Of a stretch of 64,000 nucleotides of DNA, positions 1-11,004 are shown in pieces. Within the stretch, counting starts at the first letter, position 1, and the number at the start of each line of letters is the position of its first letter. The notes beneath the pieces are model-generated. The model worked only from the letters and a program-made list of their open reading frames with translations, was not told where the DNA came from and made no database searches. Both the position numbers and the translations under genes were made by a program. The DNA is from Methanothrix sp. (lineage in GTDB: Archaea > Halobacteriota > Methanosarcinia > Methanotrichales > Methanotrichaceae), in contig JBAXWY010000004.1 of assembly GCA_037128175.1 (NCBI GenBank), positions 76,555 through 140,554 of the forward strand, in the 5' to 3' direction.

Positions 1-19
1 TGGAATAACGTTCCTGCAT
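1..19 (-). CDS. Possible 5' end of a gene running off the window (MQERYS...)
   Basis: Reverse complement of 1-19 reads ATG CAG GAA CGT TAT TCC; too short to identify. Confidence 0.25.
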
Positions 20-350
20 ATCCAATTGATTGCCGTAAAAGTTTTCCCGGCCCCGGTAGGGAGCACTAACAGCCCGCCAGTGTATTCGTTCGAAGGGAGC
101 AAAAAAGTACTGCTCAATTTTTTAAACGCTTTCTTTTGATGTGGAAATGGCTCTTTTGGCAAGTATTCTGAGTTGTCTTTTCTTAATTTTTTAAGATCGA
201 TTGATTCATATTGGAGCTTGTTTTCCATCCCAGTCACTACTAGTGCAAATCCTCCCCAGCCATATAATCTTATCGGAAAATTACAGATGCGACACATCTA
301 ATACAAAAGACAATGATGTCATCGCTTTCACAAACCCCAGGAACGGCAGA

Positions 351-488
351 GATTGCCTCGTCTCCCCGTGGGCCTTCGTCCACCCGCGGGAGCACACGCA
401 CAGGCACGGGGGCGGGCGCGTGCCTTGGTCGGTGGCAATCGTCGGCAGAAATCAGGGGGGTTGGGAGGAGGAAGACGCGGTCGGCCCT
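351..488. repeat. GC-rich structured repeat, copy 1 (upstream of AbrB/PIN pair)
   Basis: GTGGCAATCGTCGGCAGAAATCAGGGGG at 432-459 matches 1412-1439; GATTGCC/GGCAATC stem enclosing hairpins. Confidence 0.65.
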
Positions 489-610
489 CTCACCCGGAGA
501 GAGCGCCGCCGATCCGGGACAGCTCACCGCCGCGCCGACCTGCATGGATCTCTAAATTGAGAAATCTATTTTTAGAGGCAGGGGCGTATTAGTAATGTTT
601 GGTGAGATAG

Positions 611-823
611 ATGGAGGTTCTTGTTAAGAAAGGCGGGATAATTGAGCTTCCGAGTTCAATATTATCTGAGATCGACCTTTGTGAAGGCAAACGAGTAGCT
701 CTGAGCGTGAAAGGTGGAGAATTGCTCGTCAAGCCGATAAAAAGTCTTACTGATCAACTTATTGGCTCAATCCGATTCGATGATCAAAAACTTATAGAAG
801 AGATAATCGAATCAGAGGATTAG
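611..823 (+). CDS. AbrB/MazE/SpoVT-family antitoxin (VapB-like)
   Basis: 70 aa, VKKGGIIELPSSI...G.RV.L.V..GELLVKP swapped-hairpin pattern, directly upstream of a PIN gene. Confidence 0.8.
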   Translation: MEVLVKKGGIIELPSSILSEIDLCEGKRVALSVKGGELLVKPIKSLTDQLIGSIRFDDQKLIEEIIESED

Positions 824-825
824 CT

Positions 826-1332
826 GTGATTAGCTCTCTGGATTTGCTTGCGCCCCAATCCAAGATATTTATAGATACAAACATATTTTTGTATGGCGCC
901 ATGGACTATTCAAAATACCGAGCTACATGTCGTACGTTCCTGCAAAATATTGAATCCGGCACTTATTTTGCAGCCACTTCTGTCCAGGTTTTAAATGAGA
1001 TCGTCCACAAGCTCATTCTCGCCGAGACCACAAAGACATATCGTTTGCGAAGCTAGAGCGAAGCCAAGAAGCTAATAGAAGACAAGCCGGAAACGATCTC
1101 AAGCCTTACGAGGGTCTGGAAGACCTACGCTGTAATTAGAGCATATCCTTTGGTCATCTACAGCATCGATAAGGCCACAATGGATATGGCCGCAGATCTC
1201 TCAAGCAGGTATGGGCTCTTCATATCCGATGCATCTCACCTGGCAGTCATGAAAATGAACGGCATTTCCAATATCGTTACTAATGACAACGATTTTCAGC
1301 TAGCAGAAGACATCAGCATTTACAAACCATAA
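826..1332 (+). pseudogene. PIN-domain (VapC-like) toxin interrupted by in-frame TAG at 1054-1056
   Basis: IFIDTNIF, VLNE, ISDASHLA and TNDNDF PIN motifs; ORFs 826-1056 and 1150-1332 share a frame and only one stop separates them. Confidence 0.8.
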
Positions 1333-1356
1333 CGGCATCTGCCCGTCTTCGTTCCC

Positions 1357-1467
1357 CGATTGCGGCGACGCTCGCGCCCGCGAGCGTGCGCTGGCGCCTG
1401 CCTGGGGCAGCGTGGCAGTCGGCGGCAGAAATCAGGGGGAGCGGGGGAAGGGCGCGGTCGGGCCCTC
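1357..1467. repeat. GC-rich structured repeat, copy 2 (downstream of PIN gene)
   Basis: GTGGCAGTCGGCGGCAGAAATCAGGGGG at 1412-1439; CGATTGC/GCAGTCG stem enclosing ACGCTCGC/GCGAGCGT hairpin. Confidence 0.65.
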
Positions 1468-1563
1468 GCCCTAATAATGAATTGTGGTCGCGTTCGGATT
1501 ATGTGATGCCATTTATTTCATCAGTCGATAATTTATAGAACTAATAACAACTCTATATGGGTT

Positions 1564-3708
1564 GTGTTGATGACAAAACCAGAAGATAACTCATTGTCTG
1601 CTGATAGGGCGTTAGTAGACCCTGATAAAGATCAATTGGGCTATTCATCATTTGCAGAACATATATCTAAAATAATTAGCAGTATGGAGCCCTATGACGG
1701 ATTCGTCATTGCTATCTATGGACCTTGGGGGTCGGGGAAAACTACTTTGCTAAATTTTGTAAATCACTATCTAAGTCATGCTAATGAAAATGAACCGCCA
1801 GTTGTAGTGAGTTTTAATCCGTGGTGGTTTTCTGGCCACGAAGATTTAACGATACGTTTCTTCTATCAGCTGCAGGCTATCTTGAGCAAGGGAAAGTTCT
1901 CAATGAATGATTTAACAAAACAAATGGCAGATTTTGCAGACATTGTTTCAGATATCCCTATACCATATGCTTCAACCGGAAAAGTAGTATCAAAAATAAT
2001 TCGCGCAAGGCAAAAAGATATAAATGAATTAAAAAATAATATTTCTAGATCATTGAAAAAGCAAAACAAGAAGATACTTGTTACAATCGACGACATCGAC
2101 AGATTGACTCCAGAAGAAATTAGGCAAATATTCAGAGTCGTAAAGGCAATCGCAGATTTTCCTAATATAATCTATTTAATGGCTTTTGATAAAAGGATAG
2201 CCATTAAGGCTTTATCCGAACAAAATGGTTTATCTGGTGAAGAATACCTTGAAAAAATCGTTCAACTACCTTTAGAATTACCCCCGCCAGACGAAGCATC
2301 TTTCCGATCGATGTTTTTTGGAAAATTAAATAAAATTTTAGGGGATATTCCCGAAGAAGAATTTGATAAAAAATATTGGGAAGAGATTTATTGGAGGGGG
2401 TTAGATCGCCTTATCTTCACCCCTCGAGACATAGTTCGTCTCACGAATACTCTGAGCATCACTTATCCACTTGTCAAAGGCGAAGTAAATCCGGTAGATT
2501 TTATTGCTCTAGAATCAATTAAGATTTTTTGTCCAATAGTTTATAATTCTATATCAAACGAGTCTCGAATGTTCATAGGAGTAATTGATGAATATGGATT
2601 TAGAGGAGCTCCAAGTCTGGAAGATCACAAGAGCTTTCTTAATTTATTATTCGAAAAAGTAGACGACAGAATCAAAGAACCGATTAAGCGTCTTTTAAAC
2701 CTAATGTTCCCAAAACTGCGAAAAATTTATAGTGATAATAAGAATTTTTTCGCAGATCAATCCGTGTGCAGAAAGCAACTTCGTATATGCAGCCCAGACA
2801 TATTTCCAATATATTTCCGATTAGCAATTCCAAAAGGAAGCATATCAACAATGGAAATAGGTTCAATACTTGCTTTCGCGAGAGATTCGAGGTTATTTGG
2901 TTTGAAGCTTTCAGAATTAACTACTATAAAAAGGCCAGATGGTACAACTATGGCCAAAGCATTTATTGATCGCCTTAACGACTATACAGATGAGAAAATA
3001 TTGCTCGAAGAAATACCTACCATAACCAGAGCGCTATTCGAAATGGGCGATAAATTGCTCGTTCCAGAAGATGAACCACAGGTCGGATTAGAATTATCTT
3101 CCGATGCTAAGTTAAGATTTTTGATACGAGATCTCTTATCACGTTTGGATAAAAAAACAAGATCCGACTTATTAAAGCAAGCCATCACTGAGGGTCATGC
3201 TCTTACAATTATCGTTGAATTTGTCGCAATGCTTGATCATGAACATGGCAGATTCGATGGAAGTAGTATACTCTCAGAAGAGACTAGAATTGTCGGAGAA
3301 GATTGTCTAGACGAATTTGAAGGTATTGCTGTTGAAAAAGTGAATGAAGCAATTAAAAATGGCAACCTATTAAATGCTAAAAATTTGCCGTCTATCTTGT
3401 ATTACTGGCATAATTGGCGAAAAGAACAAGTAGTAGGTTGGATTCAGCAAATCGCAACAGATGACAATAATTTAGTTACATTTTTAGAGAAATTTGTCGC
3501 GAAGAGCTATACAAATCTTGGAATCAAATACTTCCTCGATCCAGATTCGATAAAGCCATTTATCGATCCCGCCCAAATCATTGATCGAATTCGGACAATT
3601 TCGGAAAAAGAAGATCTGAATGAAGGTCAAAGAGCTGCAATTAATTATTTCATTCATGGATATGAATTAAAACAGCAGGGCAAAAGCCCAAGCTGGTTCG
3701 CAGAATGA
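1564..3708 (+). CDS. KAP-family P-loop NTPase
   Basis: D.LG..F N-terminal motif, Walker A GPWGSGKT, FNPW, Walker B IDDIDRL, YLEKIVQLP, TPR(D) motif; AT-rich. Confidence 0.9.
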   Translation: MLMTKPEDNSLSADRALVDPDKDQLGYSSFAEHISKIISSMEPYDGFVIAIYGPWGSGKTTLLNFVNHYLSHANENEPPVVVSFNPWWFSGHEDLTIRFFYQLQAILSKGKFSMNDLTKQMADFADIVSDIPIPYASTGKVVSKIIRARQKDINELKNNISRSLKKQNKKILVTIDDIDRLTPEEIRQIFRVVKAIADFPNIIYLMAFDKRIAIKALSEQNGLSGEEYLEKIVQLPLELPPPDEASFRSMFFGKLNKILGDIPEEEFDKKYWEEIYWRGLDRLIFTPRDIVRLTNTLSITYPLVKGEVNPVDFIALESIKIFCPIVYNSISNESRMFIGVIDEYGFRGAPSLEDHKSFLNLLFEKVDDRIKEPIKRLLNLMFPKLRKIYSDNKNFFADQSVCRKQLRICSPDIFPIYFRLAIPKGSISTMEIGSILAFARDSRLFGLKLSELTTIKRPDGTTMAKAFIDRLNDYTDEKILLEEIPTITRALFEMGDKLLVPEDEPQVGLELSSDAKLRFLIRDLLSRLDKKTRSDLLKQAITEGHALTIIVEFVAMLDHEHGRFDGSSILSEETRIVGEDCLDEFEGIAVEKVNEAIKNGNLLNAKNLPSILYYWHNWRKEQVVGWIQQIATDDNNLVTFLEKFVAKSYTNLGIKYFLDPDSIKPFIDPAQIIDRIRTISEKEDLNEGQRAAINYFIHGYELKQQGKSPSWFAE

Positions 3709-3726
3709 TTTAGAAACGGAATGAAG

Positions 3727-5337
3727 TCAAGGGCCGGACCTACTTTTCCCCTTCATCGCTTCCACAAAAGCCAGGAACGGCGGCGACGGCTTGCCCGGTC
3801 TGGACTTCATCTCCGGGTGGAACTGCGAAGCAAAGAAGAAGGGATGCTCGGCGATCTCGCAGATCTCCATCAAATCCCCGTTGGTGCCCGAGAAGATCAT
3901 GCCCTTCTCCTCAATCTGGGCGATGTAAGCGGGATTAACCTCGTAGCGGTGCCGGTGCCTCTCCACGATCTCGTCTGTTCCGTAAATCCTGTGCGCCAGG
4001 CTGCCCGCTTTCAAATGGGCGGGATAGTTGCCTAACCTCATCGTCGCGCCCATGTGCCTGATCTTCTCCTGCTCCGGGAGAAGGGCAATCACTGGATTGG
4101 GCGTGGCCCCAAACTCCGTGCTGCTAGCGCCCTGCAGGCCGCAGACGTTGCGGGCGTACTCGATTACAGCGAGCTGCATTCCGAAGCATATCCCCAGGTA
4201 GGGAACCTTCATCTCCCGGGCGTACTGCACGGCCTTCATCTTGCCCTCTGTCCCGCGGAACCCAAAGCCGCCCGGAACCAGTATGCCGTCCGCGTCTCTC
4301 AGGATGATATCCGCCGAGCCGTGCTCCAGCTCCTCGGCATCGATCCACTGCACATCAATCTTCACCCCGGCCTCAATGCCGGCGTGCTTGAGGGACTCCC
4401 GAATGGAAAGGTAAGCATCCTCCATGGGGTCAGCACACTGCGAGCCCACGGTGTACTTGCCCACGATGGCCACCTTGACGATGCCCTCGGCTGCGTCCAT
4501 CTTCTGCACGAACTCGTCCCAGTCTTTCCGCTCTTCCAGGGGGAAGAGCCGCATGGCCTTCATCAGATACCTGGCCAGGCCCTCCGCCTCCATCTGCAAG
4601 GGAACGCGGTAAATGTCGTCGGAATTGTGGGCGCTGATTACGGCCTCCATAGGCACATCGCAGAAGTGGGCGATCTTGTGCTTGGTCTCCTCCAGGAGGG
4701 GGCGCTCGCATCTTACTACGATCATGTCCGGCTGCAAACCCAGCTGGCGCATCTCTTTCACGCTGTGCTGAGTGGGCTTGGTCTTCTGCTCGCCATCCAT
4801 GGTGGAAGGGGCGAGGGTGACATGCACAAAGAAGATGTTGCCCGTCTCTTCATACTTGAGCTGGCGCATGGCCTCCAGGAAGGGCATGGACTCGATGTCG
4901 CCCACCGTCCCACCCACCTCGATCAGACATATCTCGCAGCCTCCGTCCCGGGAAACCTGGCGAATGCGTCTCTTGATCTCTTCGGTGATGTGGGGGATGA
5001 TCTGCACCGTCTTGCCCAGATACTCGCCTCTGCGCTCTTTTTCGATGACAGTGCTGTAAACCTTGCCGGTGGTGATGTTGTGGTCGCGGGTCAGTTCCAC
5101 ATCTAAAAAGCGTTCGTAGTTGCCCAGATCAAGGTCCACCTCGCCCCCATCCTTGAGGACATAAACCTCTCCATGCTGGAATGGGCTCATGAGTCCGGCA
5201 TCGATGTTGATGTAAGGATCAATTTTAATGGCTGTAACCTTATAGCCCCTGTTCATGAGCAGCCTGCCGATGGACGCCGCAGTAATGCCCTTGCCAAGGC
5301 CGCTCATAACCCCGCCTGTGACCACGATATATCTCAT
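3727..5337 (-). CDS. pyrG: CTP synthase
   Basis: [31 protein letters not shown]. Confidence 0.98.
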   Translation of the reverse strand: MRYIVVTGGVMSGLGKGITAASIGRLLMNRGYKVTAIKIDPYINIDAGLMSPFQHGEVYVLKDGGEVDLDLGNYERFLDVELTRDHNITTGKVYSTVIEKERRGEYLGKTVQIIPHITEEIKRRIRQVSRDGGCEICLIEVGGTVGDIESMPFLEAMRQLKYEETGNIFFVHVTLAPSTMDGEQKTKPTQHSVKEMRQLGLQPDMIVVRCERPLLEETKHKIAHFCDVPMEAVISAHNSDDIYRVPLQMEAEGLARYLMKAMRLFPLEERKDWDEFVQKMDAAEGIVKVAIVGKYTVGSQCADPMEDAYLSIRESLKHAGIEAGVKIDVQWIDAEELEHGSADIILRDADGILVPGGFGFRGTEGKMKAVQYAREMKVPYLGICFGMQLAVIEYARNVCGLQGASSTEFGATPNPVIALLPEQEKIRHMGATMRLGNYPAHLKAGSLAHRIYGTDEIVERHRHRYEVNPAYIAQIEEKGMIFSGTNGDLMEICEIAEHPFFFASQFHPEMKSRPGKPSPPFLAFVEAMKGKSRSGP

Positions 5338-5347
5338 AAATTACATC

Positions 5348-6538
5348 TCACGCCTTGAGGAGCGTAGCCGCTCCGTATATGATAAGGGTGACGATCAGGA
5401 TGGACGAAGCCAAAGCGCCGGGAAACTCAGGAATGCTTTCTGTGATGAACGTCAAAACCAAAACGATAACCAGCGCCAGGAATAGGGCAGCAGGGATGAT
5501 TTTTAATGCGCCCATGCCGCCAAAAGCGCCCAACCGCTCCAGATAGATGGACTCTGGTCCTTCATCCTGCTCGACATAGACCTCCGGCTCTTCAGGGGCC
5601 CTTTCCTCGGATCTTTGCTCCCTCTCGGCTGCTGAAGCAGAAGTTGGGATCTCCTCCCGGTTCTCGCTGTCTGTGTCCCGGAAGCCCTGGTAGCGGTCCT
5701 CCTCATAGCCGGAGTTGAACCTTTGCTTCTCTTCTGTCCTCTCTTCCTTCCACTCTTCCCTCTTCTCTTCCTGGATCCCCAGAGGTACCTTTCTGGGGAC
5801 GAAACGCGGGCCCTCGTCCTGCCTATTGCTGGGGTCTACAAAACGATCATCAATACGGCTTCCTGCCGGCTTTTGGCCGCGCTTCTCCTTGCTTCGTTCT
5901 ATTCCGCCGGCTCTTTGCTGACGGGTGGCGGATCGGTATCTTTGCAGATCTTTATCGCGAGAGAATGCTATGCGCCGTGGCTCTTTCTCCGTCTCTTCGT
6001 CCCCGTCTTCATCATCATCCTCGTCATCGGACCGCTTCACTCGCCGAATTCCCAGAGATTCTTCTTCATCCTCGTCCTCATCTTCGGTTTCTTCTCTGTC
6101 CCCTCCGTCTCTTTTCCGGGCAAGATCAGCATCTTCGTCTTCTTCATCCACTTCGTCGTCTTTCAATTCCTCGTCCCCCTGCAGGCCGGGGTCTTCCAGA
6201 TCGTCGCCCGGATCTTCTGAATCGCGTAAAAGAGTGATGGGCACCCGGCTTTCTCCACCGCGGCCACAAAGAAGAATCTCGCCATCCAAACGCTTCTTGT
6301 TGGCAGGCATCCTGGCCAGAATGGGAATGATCTCCTCTTGGACTACATATTGATCCGGCTTCTTCAAATGCACCGCCTTTAAGACAGGACTGCTGGCCTG
6401 CAGAGAAATATTAGATGGCTCCCCGTGATTGACGACCTTGAGATTGAATATGGTCTCCTCACCAGGAAGAAGACGAAGAACTATGGGCTTGGCCGCACCA
6501 CCGCCATTGTTGATGTGAACAACATGATCCAATGCCAA
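5348..6538 (-). CDS. Hypothetical membrane protein: N-terminal beta-rich domain, long acidic linker, two C-terminal TM helices
   Basis: 396 aa ORF, D/E-rich middle, hydrophobic C-terminal hairpin; co-oriented with pyrG. Confidence 0.75.
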   Translation of the reverse strand: MALDHVVHINNGGGAAKPIVLRLLPGEETIFNLKVVNHGEPSNISLQASSPVLKAVHLKKPDQYVVQEEIIPILARMPANKKRLDGEILLCGRGGESRVPITLLRDSEDPGDDLEDPGLQGDEELKDDEVDEEDEDADLARKRDGGDREETEDEDEDEEESLGIRRVKRSDDEDDDEDGDEETEKEPRRIAFSRDKDLQRYRSATRQQRAGGIERSKEKRGQKPAGSRIDDRFVDPSNRQDEGPRFVPRKVPLGIQEEKREEWKEERTEEKQRFNSGYEEDRYQGFRDTDSENREEIPTSASAAEREQRSEERAPEEPEVYVEQDEGPESIYLERLGAFGGMGALKIIPAALFLALVIVLVLTFITESIPEFPGALASSILIVTLIIYGAATLLKA

Positions 6539-6636
6539 AATTCCCCCTCACTACATATCCCATAATATTGTATAAATATTTTGCTAGTGAATACCTTGCC
6601 CTTGCCTGGCCTCTTGCCCGGCCGGTCAAAGTTGGA

Positions 6637-6819
6637 CTAATCCCTCAGATCGGGCGGCAGCATATTGGGTATGCCGTCTTCAATAGGATAGCATTCCCGG
6701 CAGGCCTGACAGCAAAGCTTGCCCGTCACAATCTCTTTCTCGTTCTCCTCGAATACCTCAAGTGTCAAGTTGCCTTTGCAGAGCGGACAGGCTAAAATGT
6801 CAAGCAGATCGTGTTTCAT
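6637..6819 (-). CDS. Trm112-family methyltransferase activator
   Basis: LLDILACPLCKG...C..C...YPIEDGIPNML. Confidence 0.92.
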   Translation of the reverse strand: MKHDLLDILACPLCKGNLTLEVFEENEKEIVTGKLCCQACRECYPIEDGIPNMLPPDLRD

Positions 6820-6864
6820 GGATCAGAACATCTATTCTAAAGAAGTATAAACCTTTGGCCCACT

Positions 6865-7731
6865 TTACGAGTCCAAGTCGTCTTTGTGCCTTTGTGCCTT
6901 TGTGGTGAGCGTGGTAGTAAGCTCTAAGTCCACATCCAGAAGCTTGGCCGCATTCTTGCCAAGGATTGCCTGCTCTTCCTCTTCACAAAGACCCAGGCCC
7001 TTGATAATCTCCACTGCCCTTCCCGGCTCCTCCCAGGGGTAATCGCTGCCGAAGATGACCCTCTCCTGCCCGATTTCACTTATCAGCTCTCTCATCTCTT
7101 CCCATCCCATGTAAAAGGAGACGTAAGCCGTATCAAAATAGACATTTTCGCCGGCTGGCAAAAGGTACCGTCTCACATCATCCCACATGCGCAGACCTCC
7201 CAGGTGGGCCAGCACAAATCGCAGCTCTGGATAGCATTCCACAGTTCTGCTAAACCGATCCGGCGTGCCAAAGACCTCCTGCCGGTCGAGTGGATCGCGG
7301 CCCGCGTGAGCCACCAGGATCATCTTCCTCTCGATCAATGCCTCGTAAAAGTTGCCGCAGCAAGGATCGTCAGGATAGACCTCCTGCAAGAGCGGCATCA
7401 TCTTGACTCCCTTGATGCCCTGTGAGGCCAAGCGGTCCAGCTCAGTCTCCAGGTTTGGCATGAAGGGATGAACGGCCCCGAAGGCTGTCAGCTCCTCGCT
7501 CTTTCCCCCGGAGACAGAAAGGATCCAGTCGTTGAGGCTGGAGACATCCTCTCTGCCTTTGGCCAGGGGCAGGAGCACCGATCCGGTAATTCCGGCAGCC
7601 TGCATCATGCGGAGCAGATCCTGAGGGGCGCCGCTGCCCGGCACTGCCACCTTCAGCTTTCTTTTCGCCGCAGGCAGGATCTTGGCCGCCACCCATTCCG
7701 GGTAGATGTGAGTATGAAAATCGATGATCAA
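6865..7731 (-). CDS. Amidohydrolase family (TIM-barrel) protein
   Basis: IDFHTH, LAHLGG, YFDTA, FGSDYP motifs. Confidence 0.9.
   Translation of the reverse strand: MIIDFHTHIYPEWVAAKILPAAKRKLKVAVPGSGAPQDLLRMMQAAGITGSVLLPLAKGREDVSSLNDWILSVSGGKSEELTAFGAVHPFMPNLETELDRLASQGIKGVKMMPLLQEVYPDDPCCGNFYEALIERKMILVAHAGRDPLDRQEVFGTPDRFSRTVECYPELRFVLAHLGGLRMWDDVRRYLLPAGENVYFDTAYVSFYMGWEEMRELISEIGQERVIFGSDYPWEEPGRAVEIIKGLGLCEEEEQAILGKNAAKLLDVDLELTTTLTTKAQRHKDDLDS
6878..6927. repeat. Half copy of CTTTGTGC-unit dispersed repeat
   Basis: TCGTCTTTGTGCCTTTGTGCCTTTGTGGTGA..GTGGTAGTAAGCTCTAA, near-identical to 55390-55445. Confidence 0.8.
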
Positions 7732-7733
7732 AC

Positions 7734-8870
7734 TCAGATTATCCCCATCTCAGTAAGCCTTTCCGGCAAGTAGGTCTTGGTCACATAATCCAGGCCCTTG
7801 CCGGCAAAAGCCTGCTGCTCTGCCTTTTTCTTGAGATCGATCTGCAGCTTAATCTGCTTTTCCCAGTAGGGCGTGGCAAACCGGGGGTCGGTCAGCTCGC
7901 TTCGCAGTGCCTGCATGTCCTTATCGGTCAGCTTGTCTGTGGAGAGGTTGTAGTCCACGATATCGCTGGGCTGCACCCCCAGGAAGCGCGCCCCGGGAGT
8001 GACCAGGTGCTCGGAGAGGTGAGCGCTCTTGATGGCCCCATAGGCGATGCTGGCAAAGATGCGATAGGACCAGGGATCGCCATCCGTGAAGACCACAACT
8101 GGGATGTTCAGTTCCGTATTCAGCCTCTTTATGATGCGGCGCGTGGACCTGGCCGGCTGTCCTTTGATATGCACCAGGATGGCATTGTACTCCTCATCAA
8201 AGCCGTTCTCGATCAGCCGGGCGTACATTCCGCCCGTCTCAATGGCCATGACCATTTTTGCATCGTGGCTCAAAAATTCGATGTTATCCACATTGAAGGG
8301 TATCTGGTAGCCGGCCTCGCCCACATCCTCCTGGCAGTGCATCTCCCTCTCCCCCCGCCGGGTTTGCTCCTTGAGGCGCAGCGGCCCGAAGACGGCCGCA
8401 CCATCTTCCTCCGGCCGAACGTGAAAGTCCTCCCGGTGCAAAGAAGTTACGATCTCCAGATCCTCGATAAGCCGGTCACTTTCCGCCTGCTCATGGAATT
8501 TGGCGATATCCCAGTTCTCGGAAATGTAATAGATCTCTCTCAAAGTCGAGCCGCGATTGTTCTTGAGATGCTCTTTGATGAGAAGCTCAGCCAGATGAAC
8601 CGTCTTGAGCAGCGTCTTGGCTCCCCGCACGGTCTTGACGCTGCGTGTCGTCTCCTGGTCACCATAAACCCAGACATCGTCCTTAGTGGAAAACTCGATG
8701 TTTCCTTTGGTTCGGGAGGGCAGAGAGATATGGGGCACGATGCCCTGCTGGAACTGGTTGTAAAGAGTATCGGCGAGGAGAAGCAGATTCTCCTGGGCGA
8801 TTTTTGATTTTTCTGCTTTTTTAATATTTAGCTTCCTTTCAAATTCATTTTTCTCGTCGGATTTTTCCAT
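7734..8870 (-). CDS. top6A: DNA topoisomerase VI subunit A
   Basis: [29 protein letters not shown]. Confidence 0.97.
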   Translation of the reverse strand: MEKSDEKNEFERKLNIKKAEKSKIAQENLLLLADTLYNQFQQGIVPHISLPSRTKGNIEFSTKDDVWVYGDQETTRSVKTVRGAKTLLKTVHLAELLIKEHLKNNRGSTLREIYYISENWDIAKFHEQAESDRLIEDLEIVTSLHREDFHVRPEEDGAAVFGPLRLKEQTRRGEREMHCQEDVGEAGYQIPFNVDNIEFLSHDAKMVMAIETGGMYARLIENGFDEEYNAILVHIKGQPARSTRRIIKRLNTELNIPVVVFTDGDPWSYRIFASIAYGAIKSAHLSEHLVTPGARFLGVQPSDIVDYNLSTDKLTDKDMQALRSELTDPRFATPYWEKQIKLQIDLKKKAEQQAFAGKGLDYVTKTYLPERLTEMGII

Positions 8871-8873
8871 TGG

Positions 8874-10709
8874 CTAGATCACCCTGGCCCCTGTGACAAT
8901 TTCCGCTTCCAGGCCCTCAATCACCGGCTCTTTTAAGGCTACGCCTTCCGCGGTGATGTTGTAGCTGAGGGTGGTGCTCTGGCCCGGAGGAATTGCGAGC
9001 TTCCAGTGATAGTCGTAGCCGTCTCCCATGGGAATGACTTTGGCAGCAGGCGAGACAGAGTCGGCCTGCACAGCCAGCACCTCATGCAGCTTAAAGGAGC
9101 GTAACTGTTCGCTGTGATTTTCTACCTGGATTTTGACGAATAGCTGTCCGTTATTTCTCTCCACTTTCCGGAAGACGAGTAGATTGCCCATGATCTTGGC
9201 TACCACCGGCCCGATATCCGGCAGCTCTTTTTCCAGGACATCGGAGAGCTTCTGGGCGATGCGCGGCAGGATCTTTCTTATGATCTCCTCCTTCTCCCGC
9301 CTCTCTGAAAGGACGCTCTGACGGCTCAGGTAGCGGCGCAGCTTTCTGGCTACCTCTTTCAGCCCCAGATCGATCTCTGTCAAAATCTCCGGCATATCGG
9401 CCACGGCATCTTTGCTCTCCGAAGTGAAGGGAATGTTGGTGGAGGCGATATGCACCAGCAGCACCGCCGGGCCGACCGGCACGCCGCTTCCCGTAGGCTG
9501 GCCCAGGGAATAATTCTTCCAGGATACGTTCTCCACAGCATGAGTTACGGCGCAGGCACCCTGCTGGTAGACGAGTGGAACGCGATTGGCAAAGCGCAAA
9601 AGTTCAATGCGGCTCTCCTTCTCCAGCTCTCCTCCGTATCCCAGTCCCACCTCAACTAGGAAGGGATTGCCCGAATAGACGGATACGGGCCGAACCGTGG
9701 TGGCGATATAGTCCAGCCGAAACTCCTTTTCCAAACCGGCCTTGATCAGCTCCTCGCCAATGGGAGACAGACAGTCCACGGGAGGCGACTTGACCTTGAT
9801 CTGTTTGAAGGCAGTGTGCAGGCGAGATGCGGCATCATGGTCTAGGTCGGTAGGGGCCACTTCCGGATCCAGGCCCGCCCGGCTGCATAGCTCCTGAGCA
9901 GAGATGGTGCCGATGGAAGAGAAGGTCTCTTTTAAAAAGACGCGCAGCTTCTTTTTATCGGTGTAGCGGAGGAGCTTGATCAGCTCGCCAAGCTCTATTC
10001 CGTCCGGATGAGGGGAAATGGCATAGGCTTTTTTGGGCAGACTCTCCGTGGCTCTCTCGAAGACCTCCACGTTGCCCTCCGGCTCCACTAAGGTCAGGCG
10101 CGCATGGGGATTGACAATGGCTGTGCTCTTCAGCGAGCCATAGACCGACTGGCGCCGCCCCCTCACATAGGTGCCCTCCATCTCCAGCTCCACGCGCGTG
10201 CCCCTGGGGCGTTCCCAGTCCATATCCTCAGATTTAAGAATCTCGGGCTCGTTTTTGGCTGTATTTATGAGCAGCTCGCAGTAACGGGCAGGTCTGTCCG
10301 GAGCGATCTTGGAGATGACCTTGGTGGGTCTGCCGCTGGTGAGCTGGGAATAAAGCACCGCCGCGGATATGCCTATGCCCTGCTGGCCGCGGCTTTGGCG
10401 TAGCGTATGAAAACGCGATCCATAGAGCAGTTTGGCAAAGACGCGGGGGATCTCCTCTTGCACAATGCCCGGCCCGTTGTCCTCAACAATAACCTGATAG
10501 TATTCGCCGTTCTTCTTTATCTGCACAAAAATATCCGGCAGTATCCCGGCATCTTCGCAGGCATCCAGGGAATTGTCCACAGCCTCCTTCACGCAGGTGA
10601 TGAGCGCTCGCGGAGCGGAGTCGAATCCCAGGATCTGACGATTCTTCTCAAAAAATTCAGCTACGGATATGGCCTTTTGCTGCTTGGCCAGCTCCTCGGC
10701 AATTTCCAT
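8874..10709 (-). CDS. top6B: DNA topoisomerase VI subunit B
   Basis: [39 protein letters not shown]. Confidence 0.97.
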   Translation of the reverse strand: MEIAEELAKQQKAISVAEFFEKNRQILGFDSAPRALITCVKEAVDNSLDACEDAGILPDIFVQIKKNGEYYQVIVEDNGPGIVQEEIPRVFAKLLYGSRFHTLRQSRGQQGIGISAAVLYSQLTSGRPTKVISKIAPDRPARYCELLINTAKNEPEILKSEDMDWERPRGTRVELEMEGTYVRGRRQSVYGSLKSTAIVNPHARLTLVEPEGNVEVFERATESLPKKAYAISPHPDGIELGELIKLLRYTDKKKLRVFLKETFSSIGTISAQELCSRAGLDPEVAPTDLDHDAASRLHTAFKQIKVKSPPVDCLSPIGEELIKAGLEKEFRLDYIATTVRPVSVYSGNPFLVEVGLGYGGELEKESRIELLRFANRVPLVYQQGACAVTHAVENVSWKNYSLGQPTGSGVPVGPAVLLVHIASTNIPFTSESKDAVADMPEILTEIDLGLKEVARKLRRYLSRQSVLSERREKEEIIRKILPRIAQKLSDVLEKELPDIGPVVAKIMGNLLVFRKVERNNGQLFVKIQVENHSEQLRSFKLHEVLAVQADSVSPAAKVIPMGDGYDYHWKLAIPPGQSTTLSYNITAEGVALKEPVIEGLEAEIVTGARVI

Positions 10710-10726
10710 AAAAAGGGGAAAAAGGG

Positions 10727-10957
10727 CTAAAGTTCAGCCCCGACTACGGTTTGGGTGGCGGTTACGTTATCAATCTCACGGATGACGTCCACGAGCTTAT
10801 TCAACATACTCAGGCCCTCGACCTCGATGATGACTACGAAGTCGAACTCGCCGAAGACATGGTAGACATCTTTAATGCCATCTATCTCTTGCAAGGCATT
10901 GTAGACGGTCTTTTCCTGTCCCGGCACCACCTTTACCATCGTTACTCCAATTACCAT
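10727..10957 (-). CDS. Lrp/AsnC ligand-binding-domain protein
   Basis: 76 aa, VYHVFGEFD motif, typical position before top6B. Confidence 0.88.
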   Translation of the reverse strand: MVIGVTMVKVVPGQEKTVYNALQEIDGIKDVYHVFGEFDFVVIIEVEGLSMLNKLVDVIREIDNVTATQTVVGAEL

Positions 10958-11004
10958 ATTGATTCACCCATGTCATACAGCTTCAGTACATTATATAAAA
11001 CTTT

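Noticed and set aside
201-592. Overlapping short ORFs upstream of the antitoxin
   Set aside because: They arise from the GC-rich repeat; composition is Arg/Gly/Pro-biased with no motifs
1326-1510. Integron attC site after the PIN gene (CATAAC ... GTT)
   Set aside because: R''/R' boxes do not match RYYYAAC/GTTRRRY or pair with each other, and there is no integrase in the window
4054-5106. Long antisense ORFs over pyrG (and similar ones over top6A, trpB, glyS, lysA)
   Set aside because: Shadow ORFs expected from GC-rich third codon positions; no protein motifs
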